Positions 50,189 through 59,390 of a DNA stretch of 64,000 nucleotides are shown here, piece after piece. This DNA is from an uncultured Enterobacterales bacterium (GTDB lineage: Bacteria; Myxococcota_A; UBA796; CAJQPC01). The stretch is from positions 3,228-67,227 of the forward strand of contig CAZSAT010000023.1 of the NCBI GenBank assembly GCA_964604675.1, written 5' to 3'. Positions within the stretch are counted from its first letter, which is position 1; every line of letters begins with the position of its first letter. A program made the translations under genes and the position numbers. Below the pieces are notes generated by a model. The model saw only the letters and a list, made by a program, of their open reading frames with translations, did not search any database and was not told the origin of the DNA.

Positions 50189-50650
50189 ATGTCGGACGCC
50201 AAGCACCGGACCGTGGCCCGAAACCGGAAGGCCACCTTCACCTTCGAGATCCTGGACCGTTTCGAGGCCGGGCTCGTCCTGCAGGGGTCCGAGGTGAAGA
50301 GCCTCCGGGCCGGCAAGGCCAATCTGCAGCAGGCGTACGTGCGTCTGGAGCACGGCGAGGCCTGGCTCATCGGCGCGAACATCGCGCAGTACCCCCAGGC
50401 CGGCCCGCACAACAACCACGAGCCGGAACGTCCGCGCAAGCTCCTGCTCAAGGAACGCGAGCTGACCCGGCTGGATCGCTCGGTCCGGGAGAAGGGCCTC
50501 ACGCTGGTTCCCATGGAGCTGTACTTCTCCGGGGCCTGGGCGAAGCTGTCGTTCGGGCTGGGCCGCGGCAAGAAGTTGCACGACAAGCGCCAGACCGTGA
50601 AGGACCGCGACGCGAAGCGCGAGATGGACCGGGCGCGGCGCGGACGCTGA
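50189..50650 (+). CDS. smpB: SsrA-binding protein
   Basis: NRKA, EAGLVLQGSEVKSLR, RKLLL, GKKLHDKR. Confidence 0.97.
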   Translation: MSDAKHRTVARNRKATFTFEILDRFEAGLVLQGSEVKSLRAGKANLQQAYVRLEHGEAWLIGANIAQYPQAGPHNNHEPERPRKLLLKERELTRLDRSVREKGLTLVPMELYFSGAWAKLSFGLGRGKKLHDKRQTVKDRDAKREMDRARRGR

Positions 50651-50671
50651 GCACGGGCTATAGCGCGGCCG

Positions 50672-52009
50672 ATGAAGCCCTCCATGAAGACGCCGCTGCT
50701 GGCGCTCGCAGGCCTCGCCGCGGTCGCTGCCCTCGGGCTCGCCGCCGCCGGCCAGTCCTTCGCCTCCATCCTCGCCGGCATCGCAGCTGGCACTGCAGCG
50801 TCGCTGGCTTTCATGGCGGGCGCCCCGCTCGCCGGGGTCGCCTGCGCGAGCCTGCTCGGCGCCGCGGTGTCCGCCTACCTCGCTCTGCAGCACCACACCG
50901 CCCTCCAGGGCGGCGCAAGCTTCTGCAACGTCGACGAGGTCATCAACTGTGACCTGGTCAACACGAGCGTGTACTCGGAGGTCGGAGGCATCCCGATCGC
51001 GCTGTTCGGCTTCGCCTTCTACCTGGCCATCGCGCTGGTCGCGCTCGCAGGCCACCTCCAAGCTGGCAAGCACGGGCATGCGGCCGGACTCGTGGTCGCT
51101 GGCGGGCTCGTGGCGTGTGCGTACGCAGCGTTCCTGATCTGGGCCAGCGCCACCTTGGGCGCCGTGTGCCTGTTCTGCGTCGCCACGTACATCGTCGACG
51201 CGCTGGTCCTGCTGGGCGGCTGGTGGGCCCTGGCCGGCGACACCTCACACATCGGCAACGCCCTGGTCGGCAAGGACGGCTCGCTCGGAAGGGCCATCAC
51301 CGTGGGCGTGGTGGCGCTCATCGTGGCCACCGTGGGCTACCGAAGCCTGGGCGACGGCGGCGTGTCCGAGGCCGCGGCCATGGGTGATCTGAGCCAACTC
51401 TATGCACTCCCCGGCGGTGACGTCGTCGTTCGCGGCGACGAACCGGTGTGGGGCAAGCCGGGAGCGAAGTGGACCCTGGTGGAGTGGGTCGACTACGAGT
51501 GCCCCTACTGCGCGCGCGCGGCCGGCCAGGTGAAGGACCTGGTCGCCAAGCACCCGGATCTGAAGGTCGTGCACAAGCACTACCCGCTCTCCAACAGCTG
51601 CAACCCGAACGTGTCGAACGCCATGCACGAGCACGCCTGCAACGCCGCAGTGGCGGCGGTCTGCGCGCAGGATCAAGGGCGCTTCTGGGAGCTCAACGAG
51701 CTCATGTTCAAGAACCAGAAGTACCTTGGCCCCGAGGACATCGCGTTCATGGCCGAGCAGGTCGGGCTCGACACGGAAGCGCTCGCCGCGTGCATGGCGG
51801 AGCCCGAGGCCAAGGCCACGGTCGACGCCGACATCACCGATGGCAGCACCGCCGACATCCACAGCACGCCGACCCTGGCGCTGCTGGGTGTGCACCCGGA
51901 CGGCGCCATCATCGTCACGAAGGGGACCGAGGCACTGGACCTGTTGCTGTCTGCGGCCGAGTCGGGGGCGGAGTTCCCGCCTCGCAAGCCGGACAGCCAT
52001 GGGCACTGA
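50672..52009 (+). CDS. VKOR-family membrane protein fused to a DsbA/thioredoxin domain
   Basis: SFC...NCDLV..S..S and CLFC (VKOR), then YECPYC and HSTPT (DsbA-like). Confidence 0.88.
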   Translation: MKPSMKTPLLALAGLAAVAALGLAAAGQSFASILAGIAAGTAASLAFMAGAPLAGVACASLLGAAVSAYLALQHHTALQGGASFCNVDEVINCDLVNTSVYSEVGGIPIALFGFAFYLAIALVALAGHLQAGKHGHAAGLVVAGGLVACAYAAFLIWASATLGAVCLFCVATYIVDALVLLGGWWALAGDTSHIGNALVGKDGSLGRAITVGVVALIVATVGYRSLGDGGVSEAAAMGDLSQLYALPGGDVVVRGDEPVWGKPGAKWTLVEWVDYECPYCARAAGQVKDLVAKHPDLKVVHKHYPLSNSCNPNVSNAMHEHACNAAVAAVCAQDQGRFWELNELMFKNQKYLGPEDIAFMAEQVGLDTEALAACMAEPEAKATVDADITDGSTADIHSTPTLALLGVHPDGAIIVTKGTEALDLLLSAAESGAEFPPRKPDSHGH

Positions 52010-52850
52010 GGTGAACGCGTGGGTCGAGCTCCGCCTCGTGCTCGACCGGACACGCTTTCCCCTCGCCTCCCAGGCGGCCTTCGAAGCCGGCGCGCTCGGC
52101 GTGGAAGAAGCGCCCGCGCCCGGCGAGGTGCCAGCCTTCCGTCAGCCCTGGGACACCCACGAGCCGCCGGCCAGCCCTACCTGCACCCTGAAGGCCTGGT
52201 TCACCCCTGAGCAGGCGCCCCTCGCCCACGCCACCCTCGCCGCCTGGGGTGAGGTTGCGCGAGCCAGGATTCACGAGACCGACTGGGCCGACGCGTGGAG
52301 GCAGCACCACCATCCCGTGGTGGTGTCGGACCGACTGACCGTCTCGCCGCCGTGGACCGCCCAGGCCGGCGACCTGGTGATTCCGCCCGGAAACGCGTTC
52401 GGCACCGGCGACCACGCGACCACGTTTGCGTGCCTGCGCGCGATCGAAGAGCTGTCGTCCGAGGCCGCCAGCTGCCTCGACGTCGGCTGCGGCTCCGGCG
52501 TGCTGGCGCTTGCCGCAGCCCGGGCCGGCCTCACCGCCCATGGCGTCGACATCGACCCCGACTCGGTCCGCGCTGCAAGGGCGAACGCCCTGCTGAACGG
52601 GCTCGACGCCACCTTCGACGAGCGAGCGCTCGGGAGCCTTCAACCGGCCGATCTGGTCGTGGCGAACCTCTACGCGGAGGTCCTCACGGACATGGCCCCA
52701 CAGCTCCGGCGGCTCACCCGGAAGCACCTCGCCCTGGCTGGGATCCTCGCCGATCGCGCGCAGGCGCTCATCGCGGCACTGGCCCCCATGCGCGTCGTGG
52801 TCCGGGAGCAGGACGGCGAGTGGGTCCACCTGCGGTTGGTGCCGGCGTGA
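51999..52850 (+). CDS. prmA: Ribosomal protein L11 methyltransferase
   Basis: DWADAW, AFGTGDHATT, DVGCGSGVL, VVANL, AGIL. Confidence 0.9.
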   Translation: MGTEVNAWVELRLVLDRTRFPLASQAAFEAGALGVEEAPAPGEVPAFRQPWDTHEPPASPTCTLKAWFTPEQAPLAHATLAAWGEVARARIHETDWADAWRQHHHPVVVSDRLTVSPPWTAQAGDLVIPPGNAFGTGDHATTFACLRAIEELSSEAASCLDVGCGSGVLALAAARAGLTAHGVDIDPDSVRAARANALLNGLDATFDERALGSLQPADLVVANLYAEVLTDMAPQLRRLTRKHLALAGILADRAQALIAALAPMRVVVREQDGEWVHLRLVPA

Positions 52851-53521
52851 GACGCTACCCGGTCCAAGCGCTCGGGAAGATCGGTGACCGCCTGACGCTG
52901 GACGCCACAGCGTCGCATCACTGCCTCGTGGTCTGCGTCACGCCGCGCGGAACCCGGGTGATGGTCTATGGCGAGGGCACCCAAGCGGAAGCCGAGCTGG
53001 TGGACGTCGAGCACGGTCGGGCCGTGCTGGAGCAGAGAACGGATCCTGTGGCGCAGGAGGCATCGACCGAGCGGGTGGTGGTCGTGGGCCTGACGCGGAA
53101 GCCCGCCCTGGAGAGGATCCTGCGCATGGGCACCGAGCTGGGCGCGACCGTCTTCCGCGTGTTCGTGGCGCGTCGTTCGGTGGCCAGGGGCCTGCATCCC
53201 GAACGCTGGCAACGGATCGCAGCGAGCTCGGCTCAGCAGTGCGGCCGGGCCGATGTCCCGGAGGTGTGTACCTTTGGCTCCCTGCAGGAGGCGCTCGCCG
53301 ACCTACCCGACCTCCCACGATTCGTGCTCGCGCCGGGCGCGCCGACCTGGCACCCCGAGCAGGCGTCGGGCGTCCTGATGACCGGGCCCGAAGGCGGGCT
53401 GCACGGCGACGAGCTGGCGCTGGCGTTGGCGGAGCGCTTCACGCACGCCGGTCTCGGAGGCTCGACCCTGCGAGCGGACACCGCCGTGGTGGCCGCGCTG
53501 GCGCGCCTCCCTATTCCGTGA
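52847..53521 (+). CDS. rsmE: 16S rRNA m3U1498 methyltransferase
   Basis: TELG, QQCGR, GPEGG, LRADTA; follows prmA with GTGA overlap. Confidence 0.88.
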   Translation: MRRYPVQALGKIGDRLTLDATASHHCLVVCVTPRGTRVMVYGEGTQAEAELVDVEHGRAVLEQRTDPVAQEASTERVVVVGLTRKPALERILRMGTELGATVFRVFVARRSVARGLHPERWQRIAASSAQQCGRADVPEVCTFGSLQEALADLPDLPRFVLAPGAPTWHPEQASGVLMTGPEGGLHGDELALALAERFTHAGLGGSTLRADTAVVAALARLPIP

Positions 53522-53852
53522 GGTAGGCGTTGGCGGTGATGGTCTGGCCCGCGAAGAAGCCGTCGTTGGTGCGGTCGGTGGCCGAGGCCGAGAAGTTCAA
53601 GGGCGAGCCGTACTCGGCCAGCTTGTAGTTGTCCTTGCCCTCATCCCAGACAGGGTTGTCGGCAGTGGTGAAGGACGCCTTCTTGCCGCTCATGTTGCTG
53701 GTGCCGTGGAGCACGGCCTCCCGGGCACGGATGTTGGCGTTCTGAGCACCCCAGGTGACCTGGAAGAGGTGCCAGGTGCCCATGATGAGCACGACGACAC
53801 CGAAGAGCGAGAGCGACGTCTCGATGGCCGCCTGCCCTCGGCGACCCCTCAC
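53511..53852 (-). CDS. TadE-like minor pilin
   Basis: RRG|QAAIE prepilin motif with E at +5, then a hydrophobic helix; GTG start 53852. Confidence 0.75.
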   Translation of the reverse strand: MRGRRGQAAIETSLSLFGVVVLIMGTWHLFQVTWGAQNANIRAREAVLHGTSNMSGKKASFTTADNPVWDEGKDNYKLAEYGSPLNFSASATDRTNDGFFAGQTITANAYLTE

Positions 53853-53853
53853 C

Positions 53854-54957
53854 TCAGTGCATGAACATGGCGGTCGCCTCAGCACCGATCACCTCCGTGA
53901 GCGCGGACGACGGGTTCCAATCCGCCGGACGTGCATTCCATTCGTTCTTGCCAGCGAGCCGGGCCCGGTAGTTGGCGAACATCGCCTCCTCCGGGGCCTC
54001 GAGACCAAAGCTCGTGTAGTACGGCGACTCGCGGTTGTTGCCAGCGCCGTACTCCGAGCCGAAGATGCGGCGAATGGCGGTGGGGCCCACGGAGCCGTCG
54101 AAGGGCTTCGCGATGCCCACGGCCGTGATGTTGTCGTCTTGACCACCATCGGAGGAGCTGCCGAAGTAGCCGCCGTCGTTACCGCTGGAGGAGTAGGCGA
54201 TGTCCAGGTACCGGTTGGCTGGCGTGGCCTTCGCGTAGGAGGCGATCCAGATGTCCGGGTTGGTGTCGTCCTTGTAGTACCAGCTGTTGACGTAGTAGTC
54301 GATGCTCGGCACCACGCCGGACGGGCAGCAGCTCACTCCACAGGGGCAATAGAGCATCACCGGGTAGTTGAACTTGGTCTGGCTCTCGCGGACGTAGTTC
54401 GCGATGGTCGGGTACTGACCCCCGTAAGGGCCGACGGTCGTGTAGTTGCCGGAGCGCGACGCACTCGTGTTCACGCCCTCGAACATGTGGCCCTTCTGGC
54501 CGAGGTTGGCGATGTTGGCCTCGAGGGTGGCCTTGCCGGCCGACACTGCAGGTGACACCGTGAGGCCGTAGTGCGCGCGCAAGACGAAGAGCAGCGCGAC
54601 CTGGTCGAGCACCTCCTGGCAGATCTGGATGATCTGCTCGGGGATTGGGCCCTGGTTCACGCACTCGCAGTAGTACCCGTCCCAGTAGCCCTGCTCCGGC
54701 TGCGTGAGGATCTCCCGGCACTCCTTGACCACGTCCAAGATGTCCTGGTTGTAGGTGACGAGGTCGTTCAGCTCCTGCGCCTCCTTGTAGGCGCCCGCGT
54801 AGGCCGACAGGTCCACGGCGTTCTGCATGCGGATGCGGTCGTTGACGAGGATGCCCATGTTCGTGGCCAGGGCCATGAAGATGACCAGGGTGAACAAGAC
54901 CAGGCCCACGAGCACCGCCGCCTGGCCGCTGCGGCGCAGACCGCGCAGTCGAGCCAT
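53854..54957 (-). CDS. TadG-like pilin with a Cys-rich C-terminal domain
   Basis: RSG|QAAVL, hydrophobic helix, QNAVDLSAYAGA motif, CEC and CPCGVSCC clusters. Confidence 0.8.
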   Translation of the reverse strand: MARLRGLRRSGQAAVLVGLVLFTLVIFMALATNMGILVNDRIRMQNAVDLSAYAGAYKEAQELNDLVTYNQDILDVVKECREILTQPEQGYWDGYYCECVNQGPIPEQIIQICQEVLDQVALLFVLRAHYGLTVSPAVSAGKATLEANIANLGQKGHMFEGVNTSASRSGNYTTVGPYGGQYPTIANYVRESQTKFNYPVMLYCPCGVSCCPSGVVPSIDYYVNSWYYKDDTNPDIWIASYAKATPANRYLDIAYSSSGNDGGYFGSSSDGGQDDNITAVGIAKPFDGSVGPTAIRRIFGSEYGAGNNRESPYYTSFGLEAPEEAMFANYRARLAGKNEWNARPADWNPSSALTEVIGAEATAMFMH

Positions 54958-55421
54958 CACTGGCACCCCCCGTTCTCAGCGAGGCAGTTGTCGCTGTGCA
55001 AGGCGGCGAGCGAGTCGCTCTTGAGCTCGTAGTAGCTCTCGTTCCGACCGAGCACGACCTCCATCTCGACGTCCATGTTCGTGCTTCCGCCCATCTCCAT
55101 CAGGTCCTTGAAGAAGGGCGTCTCGGCTTCCCAGGAAAGCTTGCTCTTGACGGAGCTCTGCTCGACCGTGTTCTGGATTCCTTTCGATCCGCCGCTGGAC
55201 TGTGAGGTCACGTTGCCGGTCATCAGCTGGGTCATGGCCGCATCCGGGGACGCTTCGTCCGCCTGGACGGCGCGGGCACCGACGAACGTGATGTAGTTCG
55301 TGTAGTGGATCGCCCCGAAGTAGTAGCTGTACTCGATGACGGCGAAGAGCATTCCGAAGATGACCGGGATCATCAACGCCAGCTCAGTGGCGGACTGGCC
55401 TCGGCGGTTTCGGCGTGTCAT
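54957..55421 (-). CDS. TadE-like minor pilin
   Basis: RRG|QSATELALMIP...GARA; TGATG overlap with the TadG-like gene. Confidence 0.82.
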   Translation of the reverse strand: MTRRNRRGQSATELALMIPVIFGMLFAVIEYSYYFGAIHYTNYITFVGARAVQADEASPDAAMTQLMTGNVTSQSSGGSKGIQNTVEQSSVKSKLSWEAETPFFKDLMEMGGSTNMDVEMEVVLGRNESYYELKSDSLAALHSDNCLAENGGCQ

Positions 55422-55445
55422 GGGCTGCTCCACACACACGTTACC

Positions 55446-55461
55446 AGCAAGAAGCGCGCCT
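55446..55461 (-). promoter_or_regulatory. Sigma54-type -24/-12 promoter for the Tad pilin genes
   Basis: AGGCGCG-CTTC-TTGCT with GG-N10-GC spacing, about 25 nt upstream of ATG 55421; GGAG SD present. Confidence 0.55.
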
Positions 55462-55550
55462 ACCACAAGGTACCGATGTCACGGGGATTTCATCGGCGCG
55501 GGACGCCGCTGCCCCGCAGGATCGGGACATTCGCGCCCCATCGGGACGCC

Positions 55551-58085
55551 TCAGTCGCGGCGGCGCCAGGCGAGCAGGCCGGCGACCACCAGGAGCACGC
55601 CGCCACTTCGCCGCAGCGGCGCCGTGGCACAGCCGAGCCCACCACCCTCGGTCGTGGTCTCGACGACCTCGGTGAACTGGGTGTACAGCTCGCCGGACGG
55701 GTACACCGCCACCTCGGCGAAGTCCCAGGCCTGGTTCCCGTCTTCGTCCTGGGCGACCACGTAGAAGCTGTAGACCTTGCCATCGGAGCCACTGGGCAAC
55801 TCGGGCGCGGTCCACGTCACCGTGGGCGCCGTGGGATCATCGATCGAGCCACCATCGGAGTCGAGCGACCAGGCGTACGACAGGTCCTGACCATCCGCGT
55901 CGAACACCAGGATGGAGAGCTGGATGCTCTCGGACTCTTCCACGGCGGTCTGTTCGGCCACGATGCCGCCGATGATCTCGGGCTCGGAGTCGATCTCCGT
56001 GCAGCCATCGTCCTGGACGCCGTTGCAGTCGTTGTCGAGCCCGTCGCAGATCTCGTCGGCAGCCGGATGCACGTCCGGGTTCTCGTCGTCGCAGTCGTTG
56101 TTGACGTCGGCGTAGCCATCGCCGTCGTCGTCGTAGAGCGAGGTGCCCTCATCGACCACGCCGTCGCAGTCGTTGTCCTTGCTGTCACCGTCCTCGGGGG
56201 CCGAGGGGTAGATGTCGCTGTCGAAGTCGTTGCAGTCGCCGTCGAGCTCGGTGGACCGGTCGCCGTCGTCGTCGTGACCGACCGTCGTCTCGTCGATGAT
56301 GTTGTCGCAGTCGTTGTCGAAGCCGTCGTAGATCTCGGCCGCCTCTGGGTAGGTGTACAGGTACTGATCGTCGCAGTCGTACCAGTCGTCCGTGCTGGCA
56401 TCGCCAAACCCGTCACCGTCGTCGTCCGCGTCGGCACCCGTGCCGTAGACGATCACCGACACCGACGCGTAGCCGCTGGTCTCTTCGTCGTCGGTGGCGG
56501 TGACGAGCAAGGTGTCGACACCGGGCTCGTAGTCCGACATGTCGATCTCGACCTGCATCCGGCCGTTCTCGGAGGTGGGGATGCAGTCCGCGACCTTGAT
56601 GCCCAGCTCGATCGTGCTCTTGACCTTGCAGGTGAGGCTGTCGACGGGCTGGTCCGGGTCGGTGACGGTGAGATCGAGCACGAGTGGGTCCGACGTGCCG
56701 TGCACGTAGCCGGGCTCCGGACTGTGGATGACGACGGTCGGCGGCTCGTTGTTCGGATCCTCACCGACGTTGCCCTGCAGGGACACCGCGAGATCCGGGT
56801 TGTCGACATCTGCGGACAGCACCGAGAGCGTGCACCGAGCCTCGCGATCGTCGGTGGGTGTGAAGGCCACCTCGATCAAGGTGCTCGTGTCGGCCGGGAG
56901 GATGGCGCCGTCCTCATAGGCCTCCACGACGACGTACGCTTCGTCGCAGTCGGCCGACAAGGTGGGCGCGAGCAGCCCGAGATCCGCATCGCCGGTGTTC
57001 TCCACCGAGATGTAGCCACGGGACTCCTCGCCAGGCCACCAGTGCCCGAAGTCCAGGGTGCGCGGGAGCACGCTGGCCTTGCCGGTGCCGAAATGACCCT
57101 GGCCGTAGAGGTAGACGACCTCGCGCTCGCGCGTGAGATCGCCCCAGTAGGCAGGCTCGAAGGAGCCATCGGAGCTCGCCGCACCGGTGTCGTCGGACCC
57201 TGAGGTCTCCTGCTGGGTGTGGGAGTCGATGATGAGAGAGCCGTAGGTGTCGCCGAGGTTGAAGGGCGAGAAGGACACGGTGAGATCGATCGAACAGCCC
57301 GACTCGAGCACGAACTCGACCTGGTCATCGGCCAGGCTCTGCTCCTCTTCCTCCTCTTCCTCCTCCGGTTCCGTCTCCTCTTCCTCCGCGCCGAAGTTGC
57401 CCTGGAGGCCGACGCTGACGGTCTCGTTCACAGGATCGTTGGTGAAGAGGAACAGCTCCCCCTGATCGCCGACCGAGTCGGCTTCGGGCGCGTAGAGGAC
57501 GAAGACCTCCTCGGAGTCCCCGGGAGCGATCTCGAGGCCTTCGGGGTCGTTCACGACCTGGAACGCGGAGGACCCGGCGTAGAACGCCTGATCGATGGAC
57601 AGGGCGCCGGCGCCTGCGTTGGCGATGCTGAAGAACTGCGTGTCGTTGCCCGGGTAGTTCACCTCGCCGAAGTCCATGCAGATGTTGGGGGCATCGGCCG
57701 CGCAGGCATCGGAGACGGAGCTCACGGCGATCTGCGCGACGCCGCCGCCACCGGTGTCGGCGATCTTCGCGTCCGCTTCCGCTGCACCCGTGTCGCCGGC
57801 ATCCGACGAGTCCGCCGGACAGACCACCGAGCTCGCGTCGTAGCCGACGGTGAAGGAGTCGGTGTGGCCCGCCCCGAGCTCGACGGTGCGAACGCCGAGA
57901 GCGAGATCGCCCTTGTTCGTGAGCGTGAACGAACGGGTGGCAGCGTCGCCGTACTCCACTTCGCCGAACTCGAGCCACTGCGAGGAGACCGACATGTCCG
58001 GGTAGTCCAGGTACTGGACCTCGGTGGTGGTCTTGTCACAGCCCGCGAGCGCGAGGAGTGCGAGCAGGATGGGCTTGCGGCGCAT
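55551..58085 (-). CDS. Large surface protein: lipobox, Ig-like (choice-of-anchor D-like) domains, 3 MopE-type repeats, MYXO-CTERM-like tail
   Basis: LAGC lipobox; LEFGEV...TLTNKG-type Ig units; three DDDGDG..DC.D....P.A.E..D..DNDC repeats (~56010-56430); C-terminal GGGLGCATAP + TM + RRRD. Confidence 0.8.
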   Translation of the reverse strand: MRRKPILLALLALAGCDKTTTEVQYLDYPDMSVSSQWLEFGEVEYGDAATRSFTLTNKGDLALGVRTVELGAGHTDSFTVGYDASSVVCPADSSDAGDTGAAEADAKIADTGGGGVAQIAVSSVSDACAADAPNICMDFGEVNYPGNDTQFFSIANAGAGALSIDQAFYAGSSAFQVVNDPEGLEIAPGDSEEVFVLYAPEADSVGDQGELFLFTNDPVNETVSVGLQGNFGAEEEETEPEEEEEEEEQSLADDQVEFVLESGCSIDLTVSFSPFNLGDTYGSLIIDSHTQQETSGSDDTGAASSDGSFEPAYWGDLTREREVVYLYGQGHFGTGKASVLPRTLDFGHWWPGEESRGYISVENTGDADLGLLAPTLSADCDEAYVVVEAYEDGAILPADTSTLIEVAFTPTDDREARCTLSVLSADVDNPDLAVSLQGNVGEDPNNEPPTVVIHSPEPGYVHGTSDPLVLDLTVTDPDQPVDSLTCKVKSTIELGIKVADCIPTSENGRMQVEIDMSDYEPGVDTLLVTATDDEETSGYASVSVIVYGTGADADDDGDGFGDASTDDWYDCDDQYLYTYPEAAEIYDGFDNDCDNIIDETTVGHDDDGDRSTELDGDCNDFDSDIYPSAPEDGDSKDNDCDGVVDEGTSLYDDDGDGYADVNNDCDDENPDVHPAADEICDGLDNDCNGVQDDGCTEIDSEPEIIGGIVAEQTAVEESESIQLSILVFDADGQDLSYAWSLDSDGGSIDDPTAPTVTWTAPELPSGSDGKVYSFYVVAQDEDGNQAWDFAEVAVYPSGELYTQFTEVVETTTEGGGLGCATAPLRRSGGVLLVVAGLLAWRRRD

Positions 58086-58150
58086 GGTGTCTCCGAACGC
58101 TGGACGCGAAGGTCCGAGCGCTCGGCATCATAGCGCGGTCGCGCGCGGGT

Positions 58151-58759
58151 CTAAAGGAGGTGCCCGCTCTTGTCGCGCTTGGTCGCCAGGTAGTCCACGT
58201 TGTGCGGGTTCGGGGAGATCCGCAGCGGGATGGTCCCGTCGACCGCGATGCCGTAGCGTTGCACTCCCAGCACCTTCGAGGGGTTGTTCGTCAACAGCCG
58301 GATCGAGGCGACGCCGAGCGCCTTCAACATCTCCGCGGCCACGGCATAGTCGCGGAGATCGTCGCGGAAGCCGAGGGCGCGGTTGGCCTCGACGGTGTCG
58401 AGGCCCTGCTCCTGGAGCGCATAGGCGCGGATCTTGTTGACCAGGCCGATGCCACGGCCTTCCTGCGGGAGGTACAGCACCGCACCGCAGTCGCTCCGGC
58501 CCACGTGTTGAAGCGCCGCCTCGAGCTGCTCGCGGCAGTCACAACGAAGGCTGCCCATCAGGTCGCCCGTGAAGCAGGCGCTGTGCAGGCGGACAGGCAC
58601 CGACTCGGCGCCATCCAGCTCGCCGCGCACCACCGCTCCGAGCTCTTCGCCATCGGGCCCGGTGAACGCCACGAACCGGAACGAGCCGAAGCGCGAAGGC
58701 AGCTCGGCGATGCCGGCGATGCGAACCCCCGCAGACGAGGCGAGGCGCGAATGCTCCAT
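58151..58759 (-). CDS. ribA: GTP cyclohydrolase II, stand-alone
   Basis: RLHSACFTGD...RCDC, QEGRGIGL, LLTNNP, YLATKRDKSGH. Confidence 0.93.
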   Translation of the reverse strand: MEHSRLASSAGVRIAGIAELPSRFGSFRFVAFTGPDGEELGAVVRGELDGAESVPVRLHSACFTGDLMGSLRCDCREQLEAALQHVGRSDCGAVLYLPQEGRGIGLVNKIRAYALQEQGLDTVEANRALGFRDDLRDYAVAAEMLKALGVASIRLLTNNPSKVLGVQRYGIAVDGTIPLRISPNPHNVDYLATKRDKSGHLL

Positions 58760-58863
58760 GTGTCCTCCAGCGACTGCCGGAGCAGTCGCGTGGGCTGTAC
58801 GCCCTTCTCGGTCAGACCGACGGCCACGCGAATGTGCCGGTTGCGGCATCCTATAGCCGCGAA

Positions 58864-58886
58864 CAGCCCCCCGGGCAGGGGGGCTG
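58864..58886 (-). terminator. Hairpin downstream of the HU gene
   Basis: CAGCCCCCC-5 nt-GGGGGGCTG 9-bp stem, 11 nt after the stop codon; no U tract. Confidence 0.55.
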
Positions 58887-58896
58887 CACCACAAGC

Positions 58897-59172
58897 TCAG
58901 TCATTCAGGGCGTGCTTGAAGCCCTTGCCCGCGCGGAAGATCGGGATCCGGCAAGCGGCCACATCCATCTTCGCCCGCGTCTTGGGGTTCTGACCCTCGA
59001 AGGCCTTGCGGTGCGAGATCTGGAAGGTTCCGAAGTCGCTGATGGTCACCTTCTCCTCTTCGACCAGGGCCGCCCGGATCTCTTCGGTGAGGATGTTGAT
59101 GCACTCAGCCGCGCGCACCTTCGGCAGGTTGGCGCGCTCTGCGAGACGAGCGGTGAGATCGGCCTTGTTCAT
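58897..59172 (-). CDS. HU/IHF-family DNA-binding protein
   Basis: MNKADL...V.I.DFGTF...G.NPKT...P.F.AGK.FK. Confidence 0.95.
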   Translation of the reverse strand: MNKADLTARLAERANLPKVRAAECINILTEEIRAALVEEEKVTISDFGTFQISHRKAFEGQNPKTRAKMDVAACRIPIFRAGKGFKHALND

Positions 59173-59247
59173 GTCTTCGTTCCAGGGGTTGGCGCGAGGT
59201 TTGGAAACGTGAGTCCTTCACGTTGCGGGGTGTTTCCCTGCGCAGCC

Positions 59248-59276
59248 AAGGTAGCGAGGCTTTTCCCGTCAATCAA
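59248..59276 (-). promoter_or_regulatory. Possible sigma70-type promoter for HU
   Basis: TTGATT-17 nt-TACCTT. Confidence 0.4.
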
Positions 59277-59390
59277 CCGGTTCGTCAAGGGAGAGGAGGA
59301 TTATCGGGAGCGCCACTGCGCGTGAATGCCGACCACGAGCCCGATCGGAGCAAGATGTAAGAAATGCAAATAGTGAACGGGCCGACCAGA

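Noticed and set aside
58760-58860. FMN riboswitch upstream of ribA
   Set aside because: RFN conserved blocks are not found; only an 8-bp hairpin GCGACTGC/GCAGTCGC (58770-58789) before the SD.
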